Positions 47,739-58,242 of a stretch of DNA of 64,000 nucleotides are shown one piece after another; position 1 is the stretch's first letter, and every line of letters starts with the position of its first letter. The stretch comes from Alphaproteobacteria bacterium (GTDB taxonomy: Bacteria; Pseudomonadota; Alphaproteobacteria; Puniceispirillales; UBA1172): positions 173,613-237,612 of the forward strand of contig JADHOM010000001.1 in the NCBI GenBank assembly GCA_016778985.1, given 5' to 3'. A program made the translations under genes and the position numbers. The notes beneath the pieces are model-generated. The model was given only the letters and a program-made list of their open reading frames with translations. It did not search any database and was not told where the DNA came from.

Positions 47739-49841
47739 TCAGGCTTGGCGGTGGATAACCGCATCGGCAATAATGGCGCTGTTCGCCGTTATCATCAGCG
47801 GATTGATTTCAATCATATGGATATCATGGTGATGCGCCATCAGATCAGTTAACGTGTTGATCACTCGGATAACGGCGCTCATATCACCGCCCGCCTTGCC
47901 GCGATAGCCATAGATCAGTTTTGCTGTGGCCAGCTGATCAAGCGCATCAGCAAGCTGGCTTTCATCACTTGGCATGATCAGCGTTTTTGCATCCTTGATC
48001 AGCTCAACCAAAATACCGCCAGAAGCGATAGTTAAGATACAGCCAAATTGCTTATCACGGCGCAAGCTAATCATCAGCTCGGCAATGCTATCCGCCACAT
48101 ATTCTTCAATCATAATGGCGTCCAGCCGCGCATTGGGGGCAAGCTGGGCACAATTTTTCTGGATATCTTGACATGCCAAGATTACCGCAGGCCAGTCTGC
48201 CAGCCCTATTTTCACCGCACCAAGTTCTGTTTTATGCGGCATATCAGGGCTAACCGCTTTTGCTACCAAAGGAAAACGCAGATCAGGTGGCATGGGGCTA
48301 GCGGCTATATTCGCTAAATCAGAAATCAGAAAAGCGCGCGGGATATCTAACCCGGCTTTTGCCAAAAGTAACTTGCTGTCATGTTCATCCAGCATAATGC
48401 TGCTAGCCGATAGCTCAGCTTTATCAAGCATGAGCTGGGGCGGCGGTGAGGTCAGCAAATATGCTCGTGCCTTGGCATATTGTGCGGCGGCTTTCATCGC
48501 TTTCATACAGTCGCCAATCCCCTGCATAGGGGCAACGCCCTCAGCGATAAGCTCATTACGAATATCTTGATCGAGATTTTCGGCAATCGTGGAACAAACG
48601 GCGGCAGGGATGCTGTAGCGTTTGGTGGCGCGAACAAATGCCATCGCATCATTATAATAATAGCAACGGCTTTCATCTAATCCGGGGGCAGGATAATCCT
48701 GAATAAGAACCGCCATATCGGTTTCCGATTTCAACATAAGATCAAAAACAGGCTCAGTTTTTTCGGGCATACCCCAGATCGGGGTGGTGTAATCAAGCGG
48801 ATTAGAAACCGTTGCCGTATGCGGTAATAATGGTTTTAGCCCTGACTGCTTTCGGTTATCAGGACGCGGATATTCTAGCCCCAGCTCTTCGCCATAATCG
48901 GCCAGCATGGTTGCGCCGCCACCCGAACAGGTAAAGCCCGTGACCTGATAGCCATTGGGACGGGCGGTAATGGTTAAGTATTTCAAAATCTCAAGAAAGT
49001 CGCCCGGCTCTTTGGCTCGGATAATGCCTAATCGGTCAAACAAGGCTTGATAGACATCATCTGTACCCGATAGTGACCCGGTATGGCTTACGGTTAGCTC
49101 GGCACCAATCGCCGATGTGCCTGTTTTCAGAACAACGATAGGCTTATCAGCGGCGAGCGCTTTCATGGCGGCGGCGGCAAAGGCATTGGGGTCTTTCAAG
49201 CCCTCAATATGAATACCAATGGCACGAACTTCGGGGCGGTCAACTAAGCTGTCGATACAGTCTTCTATGCGCATCATCGCCTGATTGCCAATTGACAACA
49301 TATAGGCTAGTGGCAGTGACCGCATACTCATAGTCAAGTCAGATGACAACATCCCGCTTTGGGTAATCACAGCCGCACCATAGCCTGGAAAGCTGCCGCC
49401 ATGGGCAAACGGCCATAACGCAACCTTATCAACATAATTGATAAGGCCATAGCAATTCGGCCCAATAACCGCCATATCACCAGCCGCTTCGATGAGCCGG
49501 GCTTCTTTTTTGGCGCCATCATCGCCAATCTCGCCAAATCCGGCGGTATAGATAACCGCACCGCCGGCACCCATGGCATTTAATTTAGCCATGCTATCAA
49601 TAGCGGCATCAATCGGCACCGCAATAAAGCAAGCATCAGGAGGTTCTGGCAAATCCTCAACAGCGGCATAACAGCGATGCCCGCCAATCGTCTGACGCTT
49701 TGGATTGACAGGCCAGAACGGCCCCTCATATCCGATCCGCGCACATTCGGTGGCGACAGTCACTGCATCCGTGCCGCCGATCACCGCCACATGGCGCGGC
49801 TGAAACAACCGTTTCAGGTTAGCCTTTTGTTCAGGGGTCAT
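47739..49841 (-). CDS. ADP-forming (NDP-forming) acyl-CoA synthetase, fused alpha/beta domains
   Basis: The 700-aa protein has an N-terminal CoA-binding domain (PRHVAVIGG), a succinyl-CoA-synthetase-like ligase domain and a C-terminal ATP-grasp. The start overlaps the ACAD stop (ATGA). Confidence 0.85.
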   Translation of the reverse strand: MTPEQKANLKRLFQPRHVAVIGGTDAVTVATECARIGYEGPFWPVNPKRQTIGGHRCYAAVEDLPEPPDACFIAVPIDAAIDSMAKLNAMGAGGAVIYTAGFGEIGDDGAKKEARLIEAAGDMAVIGPNCYGLINYVDKVALWPFAHGGSFPGYGAAVITQSGMLSSDLTMSMRSLPLAYMLSIGNQAMMRIEDCIDSLVDRPEVRAIGIHIEGLKDPNAFAAAAMKALAADKPIVVLKTGTSAIGAELTVSHTGSLSGTDDVYQALFDRLGIIRAKEPGDFLEILKYLTITARPNGYQVTGFTCSGGGATMLADYGEELGLEYPRPDNRKQSGLKPLLPHTATVSNPLDYTTPIWGMPEKTEPVFDLMLKSETDMAVLIQDYPAPGLDESRCYYYNDAMAFVRATKRYSIPAAVCSTIAENLDQDIRNELIAEGVAPMQGIGDCMKAMKAAAQYAKARAYLLTSPPPQLMLDKAELSASSIMLDEHDSKLLLAKAGLDIPRAFLISDLANIAASPMPPDLRFPLVAKAVSPDMPHKTELGAVKIGLADWPAVILACQDIQKNCAQLAPNARLDAIMIEEYVADSIAELMISLRRDKQFGCILTIASGGILVELIKDAKTLIMPSDESQLADALDQLATAKLIYGYRGKAGGDMSAVIRVINTLTDLMAHHHDIHMIEINPLMITANSAIIADAVIHRQA

Positions 49842-51007
49842 GCGCCCAGCGGTCTCAAAATTGACCGTGTAATGATATGCCGCTGTATCTCAGACGTGCC
49901 ATCCCAAATACGTTCTAATCGGGCATCACGCCATAGCCGGTGGATAGGCAGTTCTTCCATCAGCCCCATACCGCCATAGATTTGAACCGTATGATCAGCG
50001 ACGCGGCCAAGCATTTCAGAACAATATAATTTAACCATAGCCGCATCGGCATCTGTCATCACGCCCTGATTGGCTTTCTGGATCGCATCTTTGACCAACA
50101 GATTAGCTGCCCGCATTTCAACAGCCATATCAGCCAGCTTAAATCCGGTGGCTTGGAAGCGGCCAATAGGCTGACCAAATTGTTTGCGATTAGCCGCCCA
50201 GTCACAGGCTAAGTCATACATTCTTTCTGCCTTGCCGCAACAGGTCGCGCCAACCCATATCCGCCCCATGCCGAGCCATTTTCCGGATAGCTCGAGGCCT
50301 TTACCAACTTCACCCAAAACATGGGCATCACTGAGCCTGACATCATTAAAATCGAGCTTGAAATTGAGATAGCCGCGATAGCTGACACAATTATAGCCGA
50401 TATCAATATCAAACCCCTTCATTCCGACATCAACCAAAAACGCGGTGATTTGCGGGCGTTTGGATGTGCTGGTCTCATCATATCCGGTGGCGGCAAAGAC
50501 AATGGCAAAATCAGGCATGACAGGCCCAGATACAAAATGTTTTGTGCCATTGAGTATCCAGTCCTTGCCATCACGTTTGGCAAAGCTCCGCATCGACATA
50601 ATATCCGACCCTGCTTCGGGTTCAGATAAGGCAAATAATTCTCTTTTCTCACCACTGACGCAAGGCATCAGATATTGCTCGCGCTGGTCGCCTTCGGTGG
50701 CTAGCAGAATCTCAGTTGGTCGGGCAATCCATGAATGAAGGGCGTGTGTAGTTTTGCCAAACTCTTGTTCAATCAGGGCCATTTGCTCATAATCAAGACC
50801 GCCGCCACCAATCTCAACAGGCAAATTAGCGGCAAATAATCCTACTTCTTTGGATCTTTCCTCAATCTGCCGGCCTAGTTCAATTGGAACCGCGCCATCA
50901 CGATCAACCTGATCTTCATAAGGGAATATTTCTTCTGCCATGAAGCGGCGAACACTTTCGGTCAAAAGTTCGTTTTCATGGCTTCCTTGATTATATTGAT
51001 CTGGCAT
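49838..51007 (-). CDS. Acyl-CoA dehydrogenase
   Basis: The preferred start is ATG at 51007 (MPDQYNQ...), preceded by GGAGG. ACAD blocks are present, including the C-terminal IWDGTSEIQRHII. Confidence 0.9.
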   Translation of the reverse strand: MPDQYNQGSHENELLTESVRRFMAEEIFPYEDQVDRDGAVPIELGRQIEERSKEVGLFAANLPVEIGGGGLDYEQMALIEQEFGKTTHALHSWIARPTEILLATEGDQREQYLMPCVSGEKRELFALSEPEAGSDIMSMRSFAKRDGKDWILNGTKHFVSGPVMPDFAIVFAATGYDETSTSKRPQITAFLVDVGMKGFDIDIGYNCVSYRGYLNFKLDFNDVRLSDAHVLGEVGKGLELSGKWLGMGRIWVGATCCGKAERMYDLACDWAANRKQFGQPIGRFQATGFKLADMAVEMRAANLLVKDAIQKANQGVMTDADAAMVKLYCSEMLGRVADHTVQIYGGMGLMEELPIHRLWRDARLERIWDGTSEIQRHIITRSILRPLGA

Positions 51008-51018
51008 TAAAACCTCCA

Positions 51019-51906
51019 TCAAGATTGTTTTTTAAGTCCAAGTTTTTGTCTGGCTTCTTCGGCAGTAAGAACACGCGCTCCCATGCGTTCAATAATCTCA
51101 CGGGCACGTTCTACCAGCTGAGCATTTGTCGCCAGCACGCCTTTTTCCAGATAGATATTATCCTCAAGCCCAACCCGAACATTGCCGCCCATAGCAACCG
51201 CGGCGGCGGCCATCGGCATTTGCATTCGCGATATCCCAAAAGATGCCCATGATGCATTCGCAGGAAGCTCATCTTTCATGACTTTCATCGTATCAACAGA
51301 TTGATCGGCGCCCCACGGAATGCCCATGCAAATTTGGAACATTGGCGGCTCATCAATCAGCCCCTCGGCAATCATCTGCTTAGCAAAACGGATATGACCT
51401 AGCTCAAACACTTCCAGTTCAGGCTTGACACCTAATTCCTGCACCATAGCCGCCATCTTGCGCAAATAGGCAGGCGTGGAAATATAAATCTCATTGCCAT
51501 TACCAAAGTTCATGGTGCCGCAATCAAGACTACAAATCTCTGGTTTAAGAGCCGTCACATGAGCCAGCCTTTGTTCGGCGTGGATCATATCGGTGCCGGG
51601 GCCAGGCATTGCTGGATTAGTCTCATCAGGAACCCAATCACCACCCATACCAGCGGTTAGGTTAATCACAACATCAGTATCACTAGACCGCACTTTATCA
51701 ACAACCTGACGGAATAGCTCGACATCCCGTGATCCTTTGCCAGTCGCTGGATCACGAACATGGATATGTGCCGCGGTTGCGCCAGCCTTTGCTGCCTCGA
51801 TTGAGGCTTTGGCAATTTCATCAGGCGTCACCGGAACATGCTCGCTTCTGCCTGTTGTATCACCTGCCCCGGTAACAGCGCAGGTTAAGATAACATCCAT
51901 ATTCAT
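51019..51906 (-). CDS. Beta-keto acid cleavage enzyme (BKACE/DUF849; 3-keto-5-aminohexanoate cleavage family), candidate dehydrocarnitine cleavage enzyme
   Basis: The N-terminus ([11 protein letters not shown]...[29 protein letters not shown]) is typical of DUF849 TIM-barrel enzymes. Confidence 0.85.
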   Translation of the reverse strand: MNMDVILTCAVTGAGDTTGRSEHVPVTPDEIAKASIEAAKAGATAAHIHVRDPATGKGSRDVELFRQVVDKVRSSDTDVVINLTAGMGGDWVPDETNPAMPGPGTDMIHAEQRLAHVTALKPEICSLDCGTMNFGNGNEIYISTPAYLRKMAAMVQELGVKPELEVFELGHIRFAKQMIAEGLIDEPPMFQICMGIPWGADQSVDTMKVMKDELPANASWASFGISRMQMPMAAAAVAMGGNVRVGLEDNIYLEKGVLATNAQLVERAREIIERMGARVLTAEEARQKLGLKKQS

Positions 51907-51964
51907 GGCTAATCTCCCTCAATGTTTACATCTATACTTTGCATGATACAGGCTTGCAGTTATC

Positions 51965-51997
51965 AATTTTTCGCCATAATATTTTCTTTTTCGATAG
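51965..51997. promoter_or_regulatory. Paired motif AATTTTTCGCCATAA-N6-CTTTTTCGATAG between the BKACE operon and the AraC/GlxA-type regulator gene
   Basis: Read directly. The TCG cores are 20 bp apart. The same two-part arrangement occurs at 59304-59337. Confidence 0.35.
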
Positions 51998-52020
51998 TTT
52001 TATGATCATGAGCATATCTT

Positions 52021-53061
52021 ATGTCTGAACACCCATTTTCAAAAGCCGCTGATGAAAAACTGATTTGCGTAGTCTTACCGCGGTTTAATATGAACAGCCT
52101 GACGATGCTGATTGAACCCTTGCGGATTGCTAATTATATCTCTGACAAGCCGCTTTATGAATGGCAATTTCTGACCCCCGGCGGCGGTAAAATAACCGCT
52201 AGTAATGGCATGGCCGTAGAATGTGATGATTTGAGGGACATCCCGCATACGGCAACCATTATCCTGTTTGGCAGTTGGGGGGCAGAACGTAATACCGATC
52301 ATCATCTGATTAGCTGGCTGCGGCAATCGGCGCGCCATGGCATCCGTCTGATAGGGGTGGAAACAGGCGCTTATATTCTGGCACGGGCAGGATTGCTCTA
52401 TGGCAAACAAGCCACAACGCATTGGTCGCTTTATCCCGGATTTTCCGAAACCTTTTCGGATATTGAGCCGTCAGAACAGCTTTACACCATAGATAAGCAG
52501 ATCATGACCTGCGCTGGCGGCACGGCGACTGCTGATCTGATGCTCCATCTCATGCAAGGCCAGCATAGTCCTGATCTGGCGAGCGAGGTATCAAGCCAGA
52601 TGTTGCACCAAAGCATCCGCGCGCCCGAAACCTTACAGCGGCCAATTGTTAATACCGGATCAGGCCATATTAACCCCATTATCCTGGAGGTTACGCGGTT
52701 CCTTGAACGCCATATCGAAGATCATATCCCGATCCCTGATCTGTGTCGGCGAACAGGCGTGCCACAACGAAAATTGGAACGGTTATTTCGGCGTGATTTG
52801 GGATGTACCGTGGTGCAGTTTTATCGCCAGTTAAAATTACAATATGCACGCACTTTATTGGTCAGCACGAATATGAATATTCGCGAAATATCGGTCGCCT
52901 GTGGATTTAATTCGATGTCTTATTTCTCACATTGTTTCAGCAGGACTTTTGGCCGCAAGCCGAGTCTTTATCGAATGTCATGGCCAGATGATCAGCCTGA
53001 GCCTATCTGGCATGGCACGATCTATAGCTTTATCAAGAAACCCGAAAAAGATATCGCCTAA
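52021..53061 (+). CDS. AraC-family regulator with N-terminal DJ-1/PfpI (GATase1-like) domain (GlxA/CdhR/GbdR type)
   Basis: The N-domain resembles class-I amidotransferase (VVLPRFNMNSL..., GAYILARAGLL). The C-terminal dual HTH includes ...ISVACGFNSMSYFSHCFSRTFGRKPSLYR. Confidence 0.88.
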   Translation: MSEHPFSKAADEKLICVVLPRFNMNSLTMLIEPLRIANYISDKPLYEWQFLTPGGGKITASNGMAVECDDLRDIPHTATIILFGSWGAERNTDHHLISWLRQSARHGIRLIGVETGAYILARAGLLYGKQATTHWSLYPGFSETFSDIEPSEQLYTIDKQIMTCAGGTATADLMLHLMQGQHSPDLASEVSSQMLHQSIRAPETLQRPIVNTGSGHINPIILEVTRFLERHIEDHIPIPDLCRRTGVPQRKLERLFRRDLGCTVVQFYRQLKLQYARTLLVSTNMNIREISVACGFNSMSYFSHCFSRTFGRKPSLYRMSWPDDQPEPIWHGTIYSFIKKPEKDIA

Positions 53062-53070
53062 AGTGGGGAA

Positions 53071-54015
53071 TTAGAGCGGGTCATTGGCGGCTTTCAGAAT
53101 GGCAACAATGCGCCGATCACGGTCTGCCGCCATATCTTCAAAATGTTTGCCCGCAGCCATGGCATTACAGCCATCAACCATAGCATTACGTAACTCCGGC
53201 GTCAGCTCAGGCGCCTCCAGACGTGTCCAAGGCAGCTTCAAGGCCGGGCCAAACTGATCTAAATTAGTCGCCATACCGCCAGCCCCGCAAGCGACATGAA
53301 AGGCCATACACTGCCCTTGAACGGCCATCCGTGGGGCAGGGCCAAAACGTAAGGCGCGGTCAATATCTTCGGGTGATGCCTCGCCATTGGCAACCATGTG
53401 CAAGGCTTCGCGCCACAGCGCTTCTTGCAGACGTGTTGCAATAAATCCTGGAATTTCTTTTTTCAAACGGATCGGTTCTTTACCAGCAACAGCATAGAAT
53501 GCCATCACCCAATCTAGCGCCTCATCAGCGGTTTTGTCGCCACCAATAACCTCAACAAGCGGCAACAGATAGGGCGGATTAAAGGGATGCCCGACAACAC
53601 AGCGGTCAGGCGTGCTGGATTTGACCTGAATATCGGTCATTGGCAGGCCTGATGTGCTTGATGCGATAACAACCTCAGGCGCTGTGATGCGGCCAAGGGT
53701 TTCATAAAGGTCTTTCTTGATCGGTAATCGTTCGGGCGCACTTTCTTGAATAAACTGGGCGTCTTTAACGGCGGCTGATAAATCATCGGTAATGACTAGC
53801 CGATCCAGACTAGCCGCCGGTGCCAAACCTAGATCAATCAGGCATGGCCATGCGGTATTGACCACCGACATGAATATGGCTTCTTCGTCCTTATGATGCA
53901 AATAGGCGGTGACGTCATAGCCACGTGCCAGAAAATGTGCCGCCCAGCCGGCACCGATAGGGCCCGCCCCAATACTCGTAACATGTTTGACCTGATCACT
54001 GGCTATGCGCATCAT
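53071..54015 (-). CDS. 3-hydroxyacyl-CoA dehydrogenase family protein, L-carnitine dehydrogenase-like
   Basis: The Rossmann N-terminus GAGPIGAGWAAHFLARGYDV matches my memory of carnitine dehydrogenases. Size is about 314 aa. The start overlaps the stop of the upstream hydratase gene. Confidence 0.7.
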   Translation of the reverse strand: MMRIASDQVKHVTSIGAGPIGAGWAAHFLARGYDVTAYLHHKDEEAIFMSVVNTAWPCLIDLGLAPAASLDRLVITDDLSAAVKDAQFIQESAPERLPIKKDLYETLGRITAPEVVIASSTSGLPMTDIQVKSSTPDRCVVGHPFNPPYLLPLVEVIGGDKTADEALDWVMAFYAVAGKEPIRLKKEIPGFIATRLQEALWREALHMVANGEASPEDIDRALRFGPAPRMAVQGQCMAFHVACGAGGMATNLDQFGPALKLPWTRLEAPELTPELRNAMVDGCNAMAAGKHFEDMAADRDRRIVAILKAANDPL

Positions 54016-54818
54016 TATTTTCCTTTGAAAACCGGCTCTCTTTTTTCAACAAAGGCTTTAATCCCCTCTGCCGCGTCTTCTGATGTAAGCATCGACCGGT
54101 ATGTTGGTAGATCATCCTCACGCATGGCTGAAAATGATTTCTGCATCGGCTGACATTCAATATGGCGTAAGACTTCTTTGACAGATTGCATGGCAAGTGG
54201 TGCCGCCCAAGCCAGTCGTTCTGCCCAATCCATCGCTTCGGTCATCAGATCAGCATGCGCAACAACTTTATTGATAAGGCCATAATGTGCGGCTTCATCT
54301 GCTTTCATACGGCGACCAAGCAGCAACATTTCCATCGCAATATTATAAGGGATACGCCGTGGCAGACGTTGGATAGCGCCAGCATCAGGAATTATTCCCA
54401 ATGGCATTTCAGGCAAAGCAAACTCAACATGCTCACTAGCAATCAACAGATCACAGGCAAGCGCAATCTCAAAACCGCCGCCAATGACTAATCCGTTTAA
54501 TGCCCCGATGACAGGTTTATTGAGTGACCAGTTTTCGGTTAATCCGGCAAAGCCGCCATCCCCATAATCACCATCATTCCACCATTCATCTAGCTTCGCC
54601 TCGCCGCTATTCAGCGATTTCAGATCCCAGCCTGCAGAAAAGATGCGGTCGCCTTCCGCGGTGATAATGCCAACGCGCAAATCATGTTCATCACGTAATC
54701 TGGCAAAGGCGGCACCCAGTGCGCGGCTCATTTCATGGTCAATGGCATTGACTTTAGGTTTATTCAAGGTCACGACCAGAACATGGCCGTGAGTTTCTAC
54801 GCGGACGCTATCTGACAT
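54015..54818 (-). CDS. Crotonase-fold enoyl-CoA hydratase, CaiD-like (carnitinyl-CoA dehydratase / crotonobetainyl-CoA hydratase type)
   Basis: The block LNKPKVNAIDHEMSRALGAAFARLRDEHDLRVGIITAEGDRIFSAGWDLK closely parallels the E. coli CaiD N-terminal region as I remember it (RPKANAID...FSAGWDLK). Confidence 0.8.
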   Translation of the reverse strand: MSDSVRVETHGHVLVVTLNKPKVNAIDHEMSRALGAAFARLRDEHDLRVGIITAEGDRIFSAGWDLKSLNSGEAKLDEWWNDGDYGDGGFAGLTENWSLNKPVIGALNGLVIGGGFEIALACDLLIASEHVEFALPEMPLGIIPDAGAIQRLPRRIPYNIAMEMLLLGRRMKADEAAHYGLINKVVAHADLMTEAMDWAERLAWAAPLAMQSVKEVLRHIECQPMQKSFSAMREDDLPTYRSMLTSEDAAEGIKAFVEKREPVFKGK

Positions 54819-54830
54819 GGTTTTATCCTT

Positions 54831-56138
54831 TTAGATATCTAGAGTATTGTCTTTTTCCCACTGGCTGAAATGTGATGCATAGGCATTCCATTCTTGATGC
54901 TTGAGCTTGAGATAGGCGGCGGCAAAATCATTGCCAATAGCCGCTTTAAGCCCCTTGTCACGGTCAAATGCCCGCAACGCATCCAACATATTTAACGGTA
55001 ATTTCGGGGCACCCCTAACCTTATATCCTTCGGCGTACATATCAATATCATAACGTTTGCCGGGGTCAGCTTTATGAGCTAGCCCATCGAGACCTGCCGC
55101 CATAATAACCGCCTGTAACAGATAGGGATTAGCGGCGCCATCAGGTAGTCGTAATTCAAATCGGCCAGGCCCCGGAACCCGCACCATATGGGTGCGGTTA
55201 TTGCCTGTCCATGTCACCGTATTAGGCGCCCATGTTGCGCCTGATGTGGTGCGCGGGGCATTAATCCGCTTATAGCTGTTAACTGTTGGATTGGTAATTG
55301 CCGCCATAGCAGTAGCATGGCGCATAATACCGCCGAGGAAATGTCGGCCATCTTGGGATAAGCCAAGCTCCATCGCGTCATCGGCAAACATATTTGTGTT
55401 GCCCGATTTATCCCAGACAGAGACATGAACATGACAGCCATTACCCGTCAGACCCTCGATAGGCTTAGGCATGAAAGTCGCTCGATAACCATGTTTTTCA
55501 GCGACTGATTTTGTCATAAACTTGAAAAAGGAATGTTTGTCTGCGGTGCGCAAGACATCATCAAACTGCCAATTCATTTCAAACTGGCCATTGGCATCTT
55601 CGTGGTCATTCTGATAGGGCTTCCAGCCCAGCTCCAGCATGTAATCACATATCTCAGCAATAACATCATAGCGTCGCATAACCGCTTGCTGATCATAGCA
55701 TGGCTTCTCGGCGGTATCGAAATGATCAGAAATCTGATCACCTGCGGGCGTCAGCAGAAAGAACTCCGCCTCAACACCAGACTTGATATAATAGCCTTGG
55801 GCTTCGGCACGATTAATCATGGCTTTTAAGACATTGCGCGGGGCTTGCATGACGGTTTCATCTTCCATGATGCAATCGGCGGCTACCCACGCGACGTCTT
55901 TTTTCCAGGGCAGTTGTATCACTGATGAGGCATCAGGAACCGCCAACATATCAGCATGGGCAGGCGTTAAATCAAGCCATGACGCAAATCCAGCAAAGCC
56001 AGCACCATCGGTTTGCATATCAGCAATAGCTTGTGTCGGGACAAGCTTGGCGCGTTGATATCCAAACAAGTCTGTATAGGATATCATAAAATATTTAATA
56101 CCGTTTTTCTTTCCATATTCTGCTAGATCAATAGCCAT
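54831..56138 (-). CDS. glnT: Type III glutamine-synthetase-like ligase (GlnT / gamma-glutamylmethylamide synthetase-like)
   Basis: The 435-aa protein has GS catalytic-domain blocks (GNGCHVHVSVW, NSYKRI). It lies directly downstream of three GltB-fragment genes. Confidence 0.85.
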   Translation of the reverse strand: MAIDLAEYGKKNGIKYFMISYTDLFGYQRAKLVPTQAIADMQTDGAGFAGFASWLDLTPAHADMLAVPDASSVIQLPWKKDVAWVAADCIMEDETVMQAPRNVLKAMINRAEAQGYYIKSGVEAEFFLLTPAGDQISDHFDTAEKPCYDQQAVMRRYDVIAEICDYMLELGWKPYQNDHEDANGQFEMNWQFDDVLRTADKHSFFKFMTKSVAEKHGYRATFMPKPIEGLTGNGCHVHVSVWDKSGNTNMFADDAMELGLSQDGRHFLGGIMRHATAMAAITNPTVNSYKRINAPRTTSGATWAPNTVTWTGNNRTHMVRVPGPGRFELRLPDGAANPYLLQAVIMAAGLDGLAHKADPGKRYDIDMYAEGYKVRGAPKLPLNMLDALRAFDRDKGLKAAIGNDFAAAYLKLKHQEWNAYASHFSQWEKDNTLDI

Positions 56139-56180
56139 CTGTCTTCTCCCCTCAGTCGATAGTCTTGTATGCCCCTAATC

Positions 56181-57521
56181 TTATATTCCCTTGCCGGGTA
56201 TCCAATCGGTGCCAGCTAGCGGCACTCTTGCCATCGCCGCCGCCTCAATGGTCAACGCGCAAAGGTCTTCGGGCTCCAGATTATGAACGTGACTTTTGCC
56301 ACATGCGCGGGCAATCGTCTGCGCCTCTAAAGTCATTACTTTGAGATAATTTGCCAGCCGCTTACCAGCAAGTAAAGGATCAAGCCGCGCCGCCAGTTCC
56401 GGGTCTTGGGTGGTGATGCCTGCTGGATCACGGCCTTCATGCCAGTCATCATAGGCGCCTGCGGTTGTCCCCAGTTTTTGATATTCCGCTTCCCATTTCG
56501 GGTCATTATCACCCATAGCAATCAATGCTGCCGTCCCGATAGACACCGCATCTGCACCTAATGCTAAGGCTTTGGCAACATCGGCGCCATTGCGGATACC
56601 ACCCGATACAATCAGTTGTACTTTGCGGTGCATGCCCAGCTCTTGCAGAGCCTGAACGGCAGGACGGATACAAGCTAATGTCGGGATGCCAACATGCTCA
56701 ATAAAGACATCTTGAGTTGCCGCGGTACCGCCTTGCATACCATCAAGGACAACAACATCAGCCCCCGCCTTGACGGCAAGAGCAGTGTCAAAATACGGCC
56801 GCGCCCCGCCAACCTTGATATAGATTGGCTTTTCCCAGCCAGTAATCTCACGAAGCTCAAGAATCTTAATTTCCAGATCATCAGGCCCTGTCCAGTCAGG
56901 ATGCCGACAGGCCGAGCGTTGATCAATACCAGCAGGAAGATCACGCATATCAGCAACCCGGTCACTGATTTTCTGGCCAAGCAGCATACCGCCTCCGCCA
57001 GGCTTTGCGCCTTGCCCAACAACAACCTCAATCGCATCAGCGCGGCGCAGATCATCAGGGTTCATGCCATAACGTGATGGTAAATATTGATACACCAGCT
57101 TATTAGAATGGCCGCGTTCTTCTTCGGTCATGCCGCCATCACCTGTGGTTGTTGATGTGCCAGCGGCGGTCGCTCCGCGCCCTAAGCCCTCTTTCGCGGC
57201 TCCTGATAAAGCCCCAAAGCTCATCCCTGCGATGGTGATCGGGATATCAAGCTCTATTGGATTTTTGGCAAAGCGCGTGCCTAGAGTGACGTTAGTTGCA
57301 CATTTTTCCCGATAGCCTTCAAGCGGATAGCGCGAAATAGAGGCACCTAAAAATAATAGATCATCAAAATGCGGAACACGGCGTTTCGCCCCACCACCAC
57401 GGATATCATAAATGCCCGTATCGGCGGCACGCCGGATCTCGGCATTGACCGCTTTCGTAAATGTGGCTGATTGAACAGGTTCGGTTTGCGATTTTGAATG
57501 GGTTTTTTTCGCTTCGGTCAT
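56181..57521 (-). CDS. FMN-binding glutamate-synthase-domain protein (GlxD / MgsC-like)
   Basis: The preferred start is ATG at 57521 (MTEAKK...), preceded by GAGGA. The longer ORF would overlap the upstream gene. A GltS FMN-domain block is present (GAKPGGGG...). Confidence 0.8.
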   Translation of the reverse strand: MTEAKKTHSKSQTEPVQSATFTKAVNAEIRRAADTGIYDIRGGGAKRRVPHFDDLLFLGASISRYPLEGYREKCATNVTLGTRFAKNPIELDIPITIAGMSFGALSGAAKEGLGRGATAAGTSTTTGDGGMTEEERGHSNKLVYQYLPSRYGMNPDDLRRADAIEVVVGQGAKPGGGGMLLGQKISDRVADMRDLPAGIDQRSACRHPDWTGPDDLEIKILELREITGWEKPIYIKVGGARPYFDTALAVKAGADVVVLDGMQGGTAATQDVFIEHVGIPTLACIRPAVQALQELGMHRKVQLIVSGGIRNGADVAKALALGADAVSIGTAALIAMGDNDPKWEAEYQKLGTTAGAYDDWHEGRDPAGITTQDPELAARLDPLLAGKRLANYLKVMTLEAQTIARACGKSHVHNLEPEDLCALTIEAAAMARVPLAGTDWIPGKGI

Positions 57522-57528
57522 AATATCC

Positions 57529-58242
57529 TCAATAGGCTGAAACATTATCAACATCAAAATGATAGAGCTGGCGGGCTGAGCCATAGCGGCGAAAGCTTGC
57601 CGGATCAGCATCCATATCAGCCCGTTCAAGCAGCTCTGCTAGCTGCTTGATATGTTCCTCTTTCATGTCTTTTTCAATGCAATCGGCACCGAGACTTTTG
57701 ACTGAGCCGCGAACATATAGACGCGCTTCATATAGCGAATCCCCTAACGCTTCACCAGCATCACCAAGCACCACCAGATTACCTTTCTGTGCCATAAAAG
57801 CCGACATATGGCCAATATTTCCGGCAACAATAATATCAATCCCCTTCATCGAGATGCCGCAACGTGAGGCGGCATTACCGCGAATGACAAGGGTGCCGCC
57901 ATGACCAGTTGCTCCCGCATATTGACTGGCATCACCCTCAACCACTACCATGCCTGAGGTCATGTTTTCAGCAACCCCAGGGCCAACAGAGCCATTTACC
58001 GTGATCGTCGCCTGCTTATTCATGCCGCCACAATAATATCCGGTCGAGCCATTAACCGTCACCCGGATAGGTGCGTCTAACCCAACCGCAATCGCATGGC
58101 TGCCACGCGGATTTATGATAGTCCAGTCTTGCTGGTTCGTGCCTGCGGATTGCTGTTGTAAGGTCTCATTCAGATAGCGCAATCCTTGTTCGGTCAAATC
58201 TATGGTCGTCATATCTTGTGATGTTATATCTAGTGTTGTCAT
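57529..58242 (-). CDS. GXGXG-motif protein (glutamate synthase alpha-subunit C-terminal domain; GlxC / MgsB-like)
   Basis: It has repeated beta-helix GxGxG-type segments (VNGSTGYYCGGMN, VNGSVGPGVAE, VEGDASQYAGA, IRGNAASRCG). Confidence 0.8.
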   Translation of the reverse strand: MTTLDITSQDMTTIDLTEQGLRYLNETLQQQSAGTNQQDWTIINPRGSHAIAVGLDAPIRVTVNGSTGYYCGGMNKQATITVNGSVGPGVAENMTSGMVVVEGDASQYAGATGHGGTLVIRGNAASRCGISMKGIDIIVAGNIGHMSAFMAQKGNLVVLGDAGEALGDSLYEARLYVRGSVKSLGADCIEKDMKEEHIKQLAELLERADMDADPASFRRYGSARQLYHFDVDNVSAY

